Numbered from the stretch's first letter, positions 21,901 through 32,626 are shown. The stretch is 64,000 nt of DNA from Clostridia bacterium (GCA_014804995.1 JAAUYS010000080.1:20343-84342); one strand, 5' to 3'. The notes: generated from the letters alone by a model not told the origin. Translations and numbers: made by a program.

Positions 21901-24900
21901 GTTGAAGTTAGAGATATAACAGACTACATCAATAAAGCATATGTTTCTATAAATGGAGGTGTAGAATCTGATTATGGTCCAAAACCTGAAGCATTTACTT
22001 TATGTCGTAGGTCTGCTGATATTGGTTTCGATGCTATTATAGATAGAGCATTTCTTATGATGTTCTGTGATAGAATGCAGAATCATGTTAGGGATTATTT
22101 TAAATATCTAGAGCCTGTTAGAGATCATATTCAAGCTACTAGAACTTATCAGAATCAGTTAGGTCGTATTTATAAGATTGATCCTGCTAAATCTGATTAT
22201 TCTCAATTACCTAAAAATAATGAGTATAAAAATGATAAGCATTGGGCTTATGTATTAGCTAATTTAGATCTTAATCATTATATAGCTAGTGTCGCTATAC
22301 AAGATATATTCACGGGTAAAAGTTATGAATTTAATGGTGCTCTTGATTGGGCAAAACGTGCATCACAAGCTGTTCGTGTAGGAGCTACTACAAAAGACAA
22401 ATCTACTTATACTCAAATTATAGTACAAGATGTTAAACTTAGGGATAACATGTTTGATATACTTAGTACAGATCCTAGTAAAGTAGGTAAAGAATATAAG
22501 TTTTCTAATGCTACTGAAGAGGAAGTTTATAAAACAATGCTTCAACGATTTGGTGGTAAAATTACTACTACGGATGCCTTTAATATAATTACTGCTCAAG
22601 AATGTCTTAAGCGTTTTAAAGCAATGGGTGATTATCTTGAATATGATCTCCCATCTGGTAACAATCTTGATGATTTAGTTGAGGGTAAACAAACACCTAC
22701 TGCTGCTGATTATAAGTATATAGTAGAACAATTAAAATATTACTATTATGAACGTGGTAAATCACCTCTTAAAAATAAGTATGATGGTGATTTTATTTTT
22801 AGTCATCAAGATAAGAATAGTACGATTGTTATATTCCCTGGAATGTATAAAGGTACCATGTATGAAACTTTAGGTCAATGGATGGATCAAGAAGGTATTG
22901 GTTCTATTAATTTTGCTTCTGGACATAAAGTTGGCGGTGTTCCTGCTGTCAATTTGTTTTCAGTTAGTGAAGATGGAACTAAAGCTACACTTAATATCGT
23001 AGGTGATCCTGAAACAGGTAAATTAATTTTAAAGAATTATCCTAAAGGTATTGAAGAGTTTAAACATACACTTAAATATCAACATCTTTATCAACAACAA
23101 CAGATACCATCTCACTTAATAGATGAAAGAAATAAGATTGGTACACAGCTTGAAAAGCATATTGTTGATATGATTCAATTTGATGGTGATTATAATATTG
23201 CTGGCACTAAATTTAAAGGTAAAACTGGTAAAAAAGGTTCTATTAAAGATTGTGGTGCTTTTGATTACTATCAAATGATGCTTAGTAGTATGGCTGTTGA
23301 TGAACGGAATAAACTACTTGCTGATTGGGGAGCTCTTGATGATAATGGTAATATCAAAACTAAATCAGTTAAGATTGATGGAGGTATCTACAATGCTGTT
23401 GAAGTAGATATTACTAAAGTTCTCGATGATCTTCGTAATTATTTTGAAATTAATGAGACTGATAGAAACTTCTTAAAAGCATGTGTCGTTATTGATGGTA
23501 AACCTTTTATACCATTTTCACATCCTACTATTAAACGTAGAATTGAATCTGTGCTTTTGGCTAAGATTACCAAACGTGTTACTAATCTTAAACTAAAAGG
23601 TGCTCACGTTACAATTCAACCTGATACTTTTATGAGACCTACTAGTGTTACTATAGGTAAGAAAGGGTTAATGGTAGGTACACAAGAGAACATTAATCGT
23701 CTTATTGATGAGGGTCAAGTTAAATTTTCAGATGACTATTGGAAGAACAGATGTGAACTTGATGAAAATGGTGAAATCAAACGTGATAAAGAAGGTCATC
23801 CTATAGTTAAAGTTGATGCTGATTTTGCTCTTAAGTCAGAATATTATACTGATAAAGATGGTAATGAAGTAAAAGATATTACTGGTCGTAATATTGATGA
23901 ACTTACATTTCATCCTGCTGAAATGATTCTTAATAATTGGGATAGTAGATTTAGATTAGATGAAAATGGTTATCTTGATTTAAATAGTATTCCTGATGAA
24001 TTAAAGACTATGTTTGGCATTCGTATTCCTACAGAGGGTCATCAGTCAATGTTTGTAGCAAAAGTAATAGGAGTATTGAATAATGGTGCTAGTCAAGCTA
24101 TATTACCGGAACATCTTATTACACGTACTGGTTGGGACTTTGATATTGACTCTATATATCTATCTATGAAAGATTTTGAAGTAGTAGATGGAAAATATGT
24201 AGAATATAGTATTAAGAATGATTTAACTTATAAACAATCTTTAGAACACATTGCTGATACATATTTTTCTAAGAAAGTAAGAGAGCTTAAAGATTGGTTA
24301 AACAATGACCTTAAAACAGGAGATACAATCCGTAAAGGTAAAATTAGTTTAATCAATGAACTTGCTGATATTAAGAAAGAAATTAATACAGCTCTAGGTA
24401 AAAATGATTATAACTTAGAGAATCTTCAAGTAGAGCTAGCTGCTCTTAAAGCTGCTATGAAAGATGCTACTACTAATGAAGAAATGGCTCAAATAGACAT
24501 TAAGATTGAAGCTGTATTTGATAAAATGGCTGATGCTTCTGAAAGTGTTCTTAGTGATGCTATAGATAATACTAAACTTAAAGAGTTATATCAAAAGAAA
24601 AAAGAAATTCATAAAGCTCTAAAAGATCTTGATAAAGAATATAAAGAAAAATATTATGCTTTTGTTGAGGAAAGTGTTAAACCTAAATATAATTCTTTAA
24701 ATGAGTTTGATAGATTGCATACTAAAGCTAAAGGTAATGCAGTTATTGCTGTTTGGATAGGTCTTCATAGTGATCCTAAGAATTTCTTTAATAAAGAAAA
24801 ACCTAATGAATTTGATCATGTTAAACATGCTTCTAACTATATCAATTCAGTTAAAGGTTTTACTAATCAAAATATGAATCAGCATTTTCTTGTTGACCAA

Positions 24901-27900
24901 ATGAAAATGCGTAATAATAATAATAACATTTCTGTACTTAAAGGTCAATCTATTGCAGCAGATAACTTACTATCTATAGCTGGTGTTACTCAAATGCAAT
25001 TCATTGATGCTTTTGCTATACCTTTTAAATTAAAATTTAGTGATTTCAAAGGTATTAATGGAACAGATGCTCACGGCAAACCTATAGATAAAGTCAAGTT
25101 TATTACTGATACACTTAATAGTATATTTGGTAAACGTGAAGATGGTTCTTCGGCATTTAAGATTCATGTAGATGGGGAATATGTTACTGTATGGTGTAAA
25201 CAATTATACAATAATGATAAAGGTACTTGGAAAGATATAAATGGTCTTACAATAGCTGAACAACGAACAGAGCTTACGTCTAATGTATTGGATGCTGTTA
25301 AATATAATATGGCTGAAAATACTAACACTTATACTATTGGAGACTTAGCACTTATGTCTTCATTTCCCGTTAGTTGGAATGTTAATCTTCATCATGATGG
25401 TGCTAGTATATCAGAAGTAAATAGATTCATCTATCCTATGCTTATAGAGAATCAACAAATTATTGTTGATCTTGTTACTGATATTGGTATTAAATCTTTG
25501 TCGAATCCTAACAATTATACTAATATAAGTTTTCATAATGTTCGTAGTAACTATGTTGTAGATGCTCTTCGTACTACTATGGAACTTATGAAAGAAAAAG
25601 GTATGGATTATGAAAAGGTTTTTGATGCTTATATTAAGAATCATAGAAGTAATAAAACTTGTAGTAATGTTATTTCTAAGCTAGTAGCAGATGTTAAAGA
25701 AGAATTTAAATCATATAAAGAATCTCTTAAAGCTCATACTAGAAATATTAATTTAACTCCTAGGCAAATATCTTATGCTATGCAGTTACTTGAATATGCA
25801 GAAGATACTCTAGGTGGTATAAATAAATATGAATATGACGCTCCTATTGAAACAAGAGCTAAAAGTGTAGATGAACTTGATAAATATCTTAAAGAAGGAG
25901 TTGGTTTTCAAGATAATATTACAGATGCTACTAAGTATCTAGATTATCTTAATAGACAATTAGAGATACTTGATTACTATGAGTATTGTGACAAAGCTGT
26001 TAATGCTATGAAACGTGCTCAAGGTTGTCTTATAACTGAGAAGAAAGGTGCTGGTCCTAAGATTACAGAAAGTAATAAGATATTTGAGAATATTGCTATG
26101 ATGCAATATAATATGAGAACACTTAAAGAAAATGCTCAAAGAGCTGGTGTTCCTGATATGTTTCTTAATGATTTAGAATTTGAATATTTCAGTGTTTCAG
26201 ATATTACTAAACGTGGTGATGTACTTGATAAACATATTGATATATTTAATGAGTATCTTGAAAATAGATATAATAGAACTGGTGAACAATATGAACCTTT
26301 AACCAAACCTACATGTCCATTTGTTATTGATGGAGTTTCTATGATTGAAGCTATATTTCCGTCAATAGTTAATGATAATTGGAAGATTGAAGATAGTGCT
26401 TATCCTATACTTCAAGAACAACTTTATTCTACTAATGAGCTATCCACTCGTATGTTTGGTGATATTATGCTTAGTGAAAAACCTAAGTTTAAAGATAAAA
26501 TTAATTATATAATGTCTAGATTAGGTCAAGTTAATAATCCTGAACTTAGAGAAGCTATAATTAATTATGCTATTATTGATAAAGCTAGAAGATTAAATTT
26601 CTTTACAGGAGCTAAACTTAGTCCTATGCAACAATTGATACAACGTTCGCAGTTGTTAGGTTGTATAGGTCTTCAAGATGTTAATGGTGAAATTGTATAT
26701 AAAGGAGATTTTGATTTATCTCTTGTTAATATTCCGTTAGATAACTGGACACCTTATGATGCTACTGTTTCTACACCTATTGAACAACATAGAGCTAAAG
26801 TTGCTGCATTTAAACAACTTCCTGTTTCTATTCAGTTGGCAATGGTTAAGAAAACATTACAAGGTAAAGCTAAGATTGAAACTGATGTTGAAGGAACTGT
26901 GTCAACTAACAAGTTAAATCCTAATCATATTTTATCTTTACTTAATCCTACTACAATGATGCCTAATGTCCTTAAGAATGGATTCATGAAAATTCATTGT
27001 AGTGAGAGTGATGATCTTGATTATACTAGAAGTACATTTTATCAACTTATTAATAGTACTGATGAATATCTTCGCATTCTAGGTGAAAATCTTGTTCGTT
27101 ATGCTTTTTGGGTTAATAAATTTGATTTTGGACGTAACTTATCTAAGTACATACCTATTGACTTATTTGGTGAATATAGAGTTAATGGTGAAATTATTAG
27201 CTCGTATATGACTAAATTTGGTGATCAATTTAATTTACTTAATTTTGAATCTATTGATAGCACTAGTCATAGTGATATGCTTGAATATATGCGTTCTATT
27301 GGAATAGTAAATGGTGATTCTGAATTTCGTAGTTCTGCTGATGGATTACAACATTATGCTAAAGCTCTTTATGAAGCTGAAAGTACTGATGATAATATCT
27401 TAATGCGTGAAGATAACGATAATTTATTAGAATTTATAGAAGCATTTATTCGAGCTAATTCTAATAATAATCGTCTTGTCAAAAAGATGAAGCCTGAATA
27501 TGATTATACTAAACCTAAAGTAAATGGCAAAAGTAGAATAAAAGACGGTACTCCTTCTTTTATTCATATGAATAGAGATATTCTCTCTAGAGCTATCACT
27601 AAAGATAAAACGTATGGTCGTAAACATGAATGGCACAAAGGGGTTGATGAAGAGATAATTAAGTTTATAGAAGCTGAACTTAATAAAATTACGACTATAT
27701 ATAATACTAAAGATATTTGGAAAACTGTAGGTCAAATTATAATTGAACCTATTGAATATGTAAAAAATAGTAATTATGCTAACGATTTCTTTCTTAAAGA
27801 TGATATGAATTTTGTACCTGCTGAAATTAAAGAGTTAGGTAAAACTCATGCTTCAGAAGTTAATAAAGGTACTCTTTATAAAAGATTTGAGGTTAATGAT

Positions 27901-30900
27901 TGTTATGTATATTATCCTATTAATAAAACATTACCTTCTGAATATATGTTTACTGCTGTAGACTATTTTAAGTTTGGTATTGAAGAAGAAAGTATTTATC
28001 AAAAAATTGGTTCTTTCTTAAGTTTATTTATTAAACCTAATGATACTAGTGCAGCAACTGTAATTAAGAATGATAGTGTGTCCGAAGCTATAAGTGAATC
28101 TACAAAAGATGCTGATGCTGTTATATATATTGGCGATAGTAATCATACTTATAGAGGTCTTATTGATAACTCTAATGTATATGAATTGTCAGTAAGTGAG
28201 CTTACAGACCCTAAGATTAATCCTCAATTGCCAAGCGGTAAAATCAAAAATTTGGCACTTATAGCTAACGGAGAGCCACTTTCACAATTAAAACAATTTA
28301 CAATACAAAATGGAATATTTAAAGGCTTAGAAAGGCTAAATGAAAGTCTAAATCCGAATAATATTAGTGCAATTAATATTGATGGTCTCAATCAGGTCAT
28401 TGTAGATTATTTAGGTCTTAAAAAGAACATTAATAGTACAGTACATACTGTTAAACGTAGCAATGTTAAATTCTCTACTATCATTGATACTTCTTTCTTA
28501 GAAGATAATAATACTGGTAGAAGTGTTCAATCATTATCATATATGGATGCACTTTTTGAAATTGAGAAGACAGCTATTGGTAATACAAAACTTCTTCGAG
28601 ATGAAATGAGTATCCTTGGTGATATTACAACTAATCTAGCAAGTCTTGAAAGAAAAGCTGGTGAACAAATAGATAACCTTACTACAGATCCTAATTTGAT
28701 TTCTAGATATATAGAAACACTTAAATACAATAGTGAAGTATTAGACCAAGTAGCTACTATGGTTGATACTGTATATAATGAAACAAATTTAAGTCTTGAT
28801 AATATTCTTTCTTTGTTTAAAAGAGGTAAGCATCGTACTAGAAAAGAATGGCTTACTAATATTAATAAATTATCTAGTCTTATTAAGTCTCAAAATTATA
28901 TTGATAGACTTGAAGAAATGGATATAACTAAATTTGAAAATGCTAGTTGGGATGTTAAAGAAGCTGTTGATAAATTTAATAATTCTTTAAATCTTCTTAA
29001 GGGTAAGTATCGTAATTTTATGCCTATTATGACAGAAGTTAATAATGCTGCTCTTAATTATTTTGGTGTAATGCTTGACCAACGTAGTAAAAATCCTTAT
29101 TTTAAAAATAAGTTTAAAGATCTTCAAGATGCTATTGCTGAGAGAGGATTTGACTTAACTGATTATAATGGTAGAACTATAACTGAATGGGATATTAAAG
29201 AGAATATTAGAAAAATGCTTAATGATAATATAGATCTTACTAGAACTATAGCATTAATGGATTCTGCTGCTCAATCTGGTATTCCAATTGTTGATACAAT
29301 TCTCGCTCAATATGAGTTCCATGTTCTTACTAGTGAAGAATGGGCTTATAATACTCAAAATAAGGTAGTTGAAATGTTTAAAGGTTTTGATGATTATAAT
29401 TTACTTAATAGAAAAGGTAAATTAATTAGAGATTATCAAAGTTCTAGAGCTGAACATTTCAAAAAGAAGTTTATAGAACCTAGTACTATGCAACTTAATA
29501 CTCCTTATAATGCAGCTACTGCAGAGGATGATATTAGGTATCAAATTGCTAAAATTCAAACTGAATATATTGAAGCTATAAAAGCTCTTCAACCACAACT
29601 TAATAGTACAAATGCTGAAGAAGTTATTGTAGCTAAAGATAAAGTTTCTGAATTAAAGCAAGAGCGTGCTTATAAAATATCAGAGATACAAAAAACTTAT
29701 CGTAGAACTATAATGTTAGCTCTACCTGCTGATGGTTCTAATATTGATATGGAAGAAGCTCTTAATAATATAGGGCATCTTCAATTAACTGATAAGGAGC
29801 ATCTCTATTACATATATCTAATTGATGCTATTAGAAGATCAAAGTTACCTCGTAAATTTGCAGAAGCTAATGGTATTGAAATGGATCTTAAAGCTAGTAA
29901 AGGAAAACGATTTGTTTATAGAATCAATGTTTATAATGCTACTTATAAGAATGCACAATTTAATAATCTTAGCAATGAAGATATAAAGCTACTTGCTGAA
30001 ATGCAGAAGATATTTATGGAATTAAATGATGTTGCCATGCCTAATACTGTTAGAAATGGTTCATTCTTTCCTAGCTTTATTCAATCTTCTAATGCTGATG
30101 TAGTTAAACAATTCTTTGGATGGCATGATCTTGAAGAAGACGATTATATTAATACATTAGCTGGTGAAACTCAATACTATTTGAAAGCCACTGCTTTGAA
30201 TAGACCTAAGATTAAAGGTACTAAGAAGATTAACTTTGTTGACATGAGTGAAATTGATAATTACGATTCATTCATCGAAAAGGTTAATAATAATGCTAAA
30301 TCTAAAGGTTATACTAAAGAAATAAAAACTCTTTACGATGTAGTTGATTACAATAACTATCTTAAAATAGAACAAATTGCTAAGATAGATAATAGAGTTA
30401 ATTATGACCCTGTTAATGTTATATTTAATTATATACATCAACTTAGAACTATTAGAACAAGACGTGAATTTGAACCTGAACTTCTTCTTCTTCAATCTGT
30501 TCTTGGTATGAATGAATTTCATGCTAGAAAGAATAGTGCTAAGAATAAAAATGTTGTTAATAAGATTTTATCTTCATTTACTAAGAAATCAGAAGTCGTA
30601 CCAGAAAGTGGTAAAGGTACTAGAATTTATACTAGATATAAAGAATGGTTTGATAGTTTTGAAGGTAAAAATAGAATAAATAGTGTAGCTGATCAAATAA
30701 TCAATGTTCTTCATACTGCTAATAGTAAATCACTTATGTGGTTGAACTTAACTGCTGCCGTTAAGAATATTGGTACAGGTCATATAAATATTGTAAGTGA
30801 AGCTGTTGGTGGAGAATTTACTAATCAAAAAGCTTTGCTTAAAGCTCATGAAAGATACTTTAAAGCTATACCTGCATTACTTGCTAGTCTTGGTGAACAC

Positions 30901-32349
30901 GAAAGTGATAACTTAGATGTAGCTCTTATCAAACTGGCAGGTAATATATTTGAAGATCAAAATGAAGCTGGATTTGATAATAAAGTTAGTCTTGCTACTA
31001 ATGTATTATCTAAGTGGGATAATGTAATGTATTTTCCGAATAGTGGAGGTGAACATTATTTACAATTTACTATGTTCTTATCTACTCTTGATACTCATAG
31101 AATTGTTAAAGGCGAAATAATGAACTATGAACAATATACTAGAAGTATTAGAGAAAAAGTTTTTGAATCTATTCTTACAGATAGTCAACGTGATGCTTAC
31201 AGACAATATGTGAAAGATGTTGAAACACATAGAGGTAATAATCAAGAGCTGTTTAAGAACATTGAAGCATTTATATTTTATAAAGGTAATAACTTTACTA
31301 AAGAACAAAAGAAAGAATTTGTTACCAAATATCAAGAAGCAATGAAACAAGGTCGTACTGAATTTGAAAAATATGGTACAGTTAGAGATGCTTTTGAACT
31401 TAAAAATGGCATGGCTACTATTAAAGAAAATAGTGGTATTGATCAAGAAGTATTTGCTAAATTCTTAGGTAAAGTTAAAGGCGTTAATCATAGCTTGCAT
31501 GGTATTTATAATACTTTTGATAAATCGGCTTTGTCTGGTATGATGTTTGGTGAAGTACTACTTCAATTCCGTAAGTGGCTTAGACCTAACTTCATTAGAC
31601 ATTATGGTAAGCGTGTTGGTCATATTATATTTGATGAACGTCTTGAAGCATATAGAAGTGGTGCTTATACAGATTTCTTTAGTTGGTTGACATCTAATAT
31701 CAGTTATGCTTATAAAAATACTTTAAAAGAAGCTAGAGAAAAAGGTGAAGATACTGATTTCTTACTTAAAAGCAAAGCTGTTATTAAAGCATTTGCTGCT
31801 ATATCTTATATGTTTAAAGATTTAATGTTTAGATATAAGATTATGCCTAAACAAGAGCAAGCTAATATAAGACGTACTACATTTAATTTATGTACTCTTA
31901 TAGGTTTAAGTCTTCTAGCTTGTATTCTTTATAATATGAAAGATGATGACGACGATCTTGATAATTCAACAGCATTTGCAATGCTTACGTATGCTATCTA
32001 TGGTGTACAAACTGAATTATATGAGACAAGTCCTGGTGGTATCTATTCATTTTATAAACGTACTACAGAAGCTCCTATACCTTTTGAAACTACTTTAGGT
32101 CATTGGCAAGACTTACTATTTTATTCTACTATAGCACCACTTGTGTTAGATGAAGAAGATCTTGTTTATGATAGAGGTACTTATAAAGGTAAGAGTAAAC
32201 TTAATGTTTCTCTACAAAAAGCTGTTCCAGTTAAGAGTCAATTTCATAAAATATGGAATCTTCCTAAAAATGATACTTATTATATGAAACAGAACCCAAT
32301 ACTACAAATGATTACATTTTTAAGTAAATACTCCATACGTTGGACTTAA
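18979..32349 (+). CDS. giant virion-packaged RNA polymerase-containing protein (4456 aa), two-barrel DxDxD type
   Basis: 13.4-kb uninterrupted ORF. DFDID at 24136-24150 (aa 1720-1724, context TGWDFDIDSIY). Hydrophobic helices near the C-terminus (TFNLCTLIGLSLLACILY). A giant DxDxD ORF beside the tail genes is the crAss-like vRNAP signature (Yutin 2018; Drobysheva 2021). Confidence 0.8.
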   Translation: MGIDCNVIPQIKVGDSFTDSLLFTQLWNQAKSAYPNDSVKAREVAKSNYAALKSTEFKSAYGDWQLLRAIQNNNLTNAQKAIYRSIYGNNLNRLKESITIELNEQGEPLFEALHKPADVKRAQVLINNELPFIDDSEQAYINRVLSAIAIRLEPQLKKLNNRDAKINNTVKNQIITALRQYANNDNKELGYVGYGVKANERAAQLIKTGAKKKDILEDKLYKMYKSRYDEIMRLCDDMSKDDSKHIWSSFKNFYRAMFGANITEFDNEDSMLSGELNGDGSAVTNDEFLISKSWNNALQYKVNRKNTASMRLKKELTEMIYNNEGNFFITPKGNQLTGSASYYNKYGLMMPLDINVLWNDLIRCCNESTDKVSLLNKIKILSENVYSGQLQPLIDKMKDNDTDTLQDRERKNNYYNMFTKSVDMAMTDVTYTEQSKFNFGEEDFSMAYAVKSANRTSFAVNKFYNIYRNNLTNTFMYAPDKSSLDFYEDAKITKTDNKIADAINLLCVKANFLGIDWSLNTVLSYLSQNNNIELDSISNLYAMSSLGDYAEDNRVYLIEKDIKHLARTLDNIFKLGRGKVTDKTSTKAKNRQIGQIRNLFMMGFNISDNNTAVMKTKDGIEYEDDIEPVVDHMQGYISTIASVGACDPAFKIDLSYINVEGEQEYTPEFYNDITSRLQGIISPQGKVNTELLIERFKDFIESSSTAYNPLIWNLHTKHGFGFFNCIMENGEPILDKDDRRVLDTNNPVNIKAVKEFSFARFNGTVDRDSGKGIPYVDMHDYVWVNDCMIRMMQGRFSLPSADASRIYEFYIGNHLTETRGFNTQLSMKMFKDNGDFVSWEEAMALGLEDSYMYKCAKDTLLSEFQDMRRAMDILFDYDPNTKTLSIKKDFLFSREILQERFDALSSEDRRIYGNTYEEGLEAYIKKHEFDPDTAYGLRSPMFWNGSELIKDGKPTGNIFKLHNLNFRYTNEDGSVEVRDITDYINKAYVSINGGVESDYGPKPEAFTLCRRSADIGFDAIIDRAFLMMFCDRMQNHVRDYFKYLEPVRDHIQATRTYQNQLGRIYKIDPAKSDYSQLPKNNEYKNDKHWAYVLANLDLNHYIASVAIQDIFTGKSYEFNGALDWAKRASQAVRVGATTKDKSTYTQIIVQDVKLRDNMFDILSTDPSKVGKEYKFSNATEEEVYKTMLQRFGGKITTTDAFNIITAQECLKRFKAMGDYLEYDLPSGNNLDDLVEGKQTPTAADYKYIVEQLKYYYYERGKSPLKNKYDGDFIFSHQDKNSTIVIFPGMYKGTMYETLGQWMDQEGIGSINFASGHKVGGVPAVNLFSVSEDGTKATLNIVGDPETGKLILKNYPKGIEEFKHTLKYQHLYQQQQIPSHLIDERNKIGTQLEKHIVDMIQFDGDYNIAGTKFKGKTGKKGSIKDCGAFDYYQMMLSSMAVDERNKLLADWGALDDNGNIKTKSVKIDGGIYNAVEVDITKVLDDLRNYFEINETDRNFLKACVVIDGKPFIPFSHPTIKRRIESVLLAKITKRVTNLKLKGAHVTIQPDTFMRPTSVTIGKKGLMVGTQENINRLIDEGQVKFSDDYWKNRCELDENGEIKRDKEGHPIVKVDADFALKSEYYTDKDGNEVKDITGRNIDELTFHPAEMILNNWDSRFRLDENGYLDLNSIPDELKTMFGIRIPTEGHQSMFVAKVIGVLNNGASQAILPEHLITRTGWDFDIDSIYLSMKDFEVVDGKYVEYSIKNDLTYKQSLEHIADTYFSKKVRELKDWLNNDLKTGDTIRKGKISLINELADIKKEINTALGKNDYNLENLQVELAALKAAMKDATTNEEMAQIDIKIEAVFDKMADASESVLSDAIDNTKLKELYQKKKEIHKALKDLDKEYKEKYYAFVEESVKPKYNSLNEFDRLHTKAKGNAVIAVWIGLHSDPKNFFNKEKPNEFDHVKHASNYINSVKGFTNQNMNQHFLVDQMKMRNNNNNISVLKGQSIAADNLLSIAGVTQMQFIDAFAIPFKLKFSDFKGINGTDAHGKPIDKVKFITDTLNSIFGKREDGSSAFKIHVDGEYVTVWCKQLYNNDKGTWKDINGLTIAEQRTELTSNVLDAVKYNMAENTNTYTIGDLALMSSFPVSWNVNLHHDGASISEVNRFIYPMLIENQQIIVDLVTDIGIKSLSNPNNYTNISFHNVRSNYVVDALRTTMELMKEKGMDYEKVFDAYIKNHRSNKTCSNVISKLVADVKEEFKSYKESLKAHTRNINLTPRQISYAMQLLEYAEDTLGGINKYEYDAPIETRAKSVDELDKYLKEGVGFQDNITDATKYLDYLNRQLEILDYYEYCDKAVNAMKRAQGCLITEKKGAGPKITESNKIFENIAMMQYNMRTLKENAQRAGVPDMFLNDLEFEYFSVSDITKRGDVLDKHIDIFNEYLENRYNRTGEQYEPLTKPTCPFVIDGVSMIEAIFPSIVNDNWKIEDSAYPILQEQLYSTNELSTRMFGDIMLSEKPKFKDKINYIMSRLGQVNNPELREAIINYAIIDKARRLNFFTGAKLSPMQQLIQRSQLLGCIGLQDVNGEIVYKGDFDLSLVNIPLDNWTPYDATVSTPIEQHRAKVAAFKQLPVSIQLAMVKKTLQGKAKIETDVEGTVSTNKLNPNHILSLLNPTTMMPNVLKNGFMKIHCSESDDLDYTRSTFYQLINSTDEYLRILGENLVRYAFWVNKFDFGRNLSKYIPIDLFGEYRVNGEIISSYMTKFGDQFNLLNFESIDSTSHSDMLEYMRSIGIVNGDSEFRSSADGLQHYAKALYEAESTDDNILMREDNDNLLEFIEAFIRANSNNNRLVKKMKPEYDYTKPKVNGKSRIKDGTPSFIHMNRDILSRAITKDKTYGRKHEWHKGVDEEIIKFIEAELNKITTIYNTKDIWKTVGQIIIEPIEYVKNSNYANDFFLKDDMNFVPAEIKELGKTHASEVNKGTLYKRFEVNDCYVYYPINKTLPSEYMFTAVDYFKFGIEEESIYQKIGSFLSLFIKPNDTSAATVIKNDSVSEAISESTKDADAVIYIGDSNHTYRGLIDNSNVYELSVSELTDPKINPQLPSGKIKNLALIANGEPLSQLKQFTIQNGIFKGLERLNESLNPNNISAINIDGLNQVIVDYLGLKKNINSTVHTVKRSNVKFSTIIDTSFLEDNNTGRSVQSLSYMDALFEIEKTAIGNTKLLRDEMSILGDITTNLASLERKAGEQIDNLTTDPNLISRYIETLKYNSEVLDQVATMVDTVYNETNLSLDNILSLFKRGKHRTRKEWLTNINKLSSLIKSQNYIDRLEEMDITKFENASWDVKEAVDKFNNSLNLLKGKYRNFMPIMTEVNNAALNYFGVMLDQRSKNPYFKNKFKDLQDAIAERGFDLTDYNGRTITEWDIKENIRKMLNDNIDLTRTIALMDSAAQSGIPIVDTILAQYEFHVLTSEEWAYNTQNKVVEMFKGFDDYNLLNRKGKLIRDYQSSRAEHFKKKFIEPSTMQLNTPYNAATAEDDIRYQIAKIQTEYIEAIKALQPQLNSTNAEEVIVAKDKVSELKQERAYKISEIQKTYRRTIMLALPADGSNIDMEEALNNIGHLQLTDKEHLYYIYLIDAIRRSKLPRKFAEANGIEMDLKASKGKRFVYRINVYNATYKNAQFNNLSNEDIKLLAEMQKIFMELNDVAMPNTVRNGSFFPSFIQSSNADVVKQFFGWHDLEEDDYINTLAGETQYYLKATALNRPKIKGTKKINFVDMSEIDNYDSFIEKVNNNAKSKGYTKEIKTLYDVVDYNNYLKIEQIAKIDNRVNYDPVNVIFNYIHQLRTIRTRREFEPELLLLQSVLGMNEFHARKNSAKNKNVVNKILSSFTKKSEVVPESGKGTRIYTRYKEWFDSFEGKNRINSVADQIINVLHTANSKSLMWLNLTAAVKNIGTGHINIVSEAVGGEFTNQKALLKAHERYFKAIPALLASLGEHESDNLDVALIKLAGNIFEDQNEAGFDNKVSLATNVLSKWDNVMYFPNSGGEHYLQFTMFLSTLDTHRIVKGEIMNYEQYTRSIREKVFESILTDSQRDAYRQYVKDVETHRGNNQELFKNIEAFIFYKGNNFTKEQKKEFVTKYQEAMKQGRTEFEKYGTVRDAFELKNGMATIKENSGIDQEVFAKFLGKVKGVNHSLHGIYNTFDKSALSGMMFGEVLLQFRKWLRPNFIRHYGKRVGHIIFDERLEAYRSGAYTDFFSWLTSNISYAYKNTLKEAREKGEDTDFLLKSKAVIKAFAAISYMFKDLMFRYKIMPKQEQANIRRTTFNLCTLIGLSLLACILYNMKDDDDDLDNSTAFAMLTYAIYGVQTELYETSPGGIYSFYKRTTEAPIPFETTLGHWQDLLFYSTIAPLVLDEEDLVYDRGTYKGKSKLNVSLQKAVPVKSQFHKIWNLPKNDTYYMKQNPILQMITFLSKYSIRWT
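24136..24150 (+). other. DFDID = DxDxD catalytic metal-binding motif
   Basis: gac ttt gat att gac, in frame with ORF 18979..32349. Confidence 0.75.
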
Positions 32350-32357
32350 AAAAAGAA

Positions 32358-32394
32358 AGAGGACTACTGGTAATACAGATAGTCCTCTTTTTTG
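32358..32394. terminator. bidirectional intrinsic terminator after the RNAP ORF
   Basis: A-run, then AGAGGACTA-(13 nt)-TAGTCCTCT, then TTTTTTG. Confidence 0.7.
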
Positions 32395-32423
32395 TGCTTA
32401 TAAGTTTACTATTAGTTATGCTA

Positions 32424-32470
32424 AGTGTTGCACGCAACCTCACCTCTTTCCCTACTGGGGATTGGAGAGT
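32424..32470 (+). repeat. GC-rich dispersed repeat, copy c (intergenic)
   Basis: AGTGTTGCACGCAACCTCACCTCTTTCCCTACTGGGGATTGGAGAGT. Confidence 0.85.
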
Positions 32471-32577
32471 ATCTATAAGCCTTTCAGAGCTTCTCTCGGC
32501 TTCATATATTAATTAATTTATGGCAGGTTTAACAATTACTCATACCGATAATTATAGACGCTTAGAAATGCTTTTAT

Positions 32578-32626
32578 GTACTCACCAACTACCAGTAGGG
32601 AACAAAGTGAGGATAGGAGCAACACT
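32578..32626 (-). repeat. GC-rich dispersed repeat, copy d (intergenic)
   Basis: Reverse complement: AGTGTTGCTCCTATCCTCACTTTGTTCCCTACTGGTAGTTGGTGAGTAC. Confidence 0.85.

Noticed and set aside
4555-31446. About 25 short ORFs (60-122 aa) in the ORF track that lie inside the large + strand genes in other frames or on the opposite strand (e.g. 4555..4758, 5211..5555, 6166..6450, 14426..14623, 17612..17911, 27427..27735, 31078..31446).
   Set aside because: All are fully embedded in much longer uninterrupted ORFs. Their I/F/N/K/L-rich low-complexity translations are typical of off-frame AT-rich DNA, and they have no independent start context. 14426..14623 is open only because it crosses GC-rich repeat copy a.
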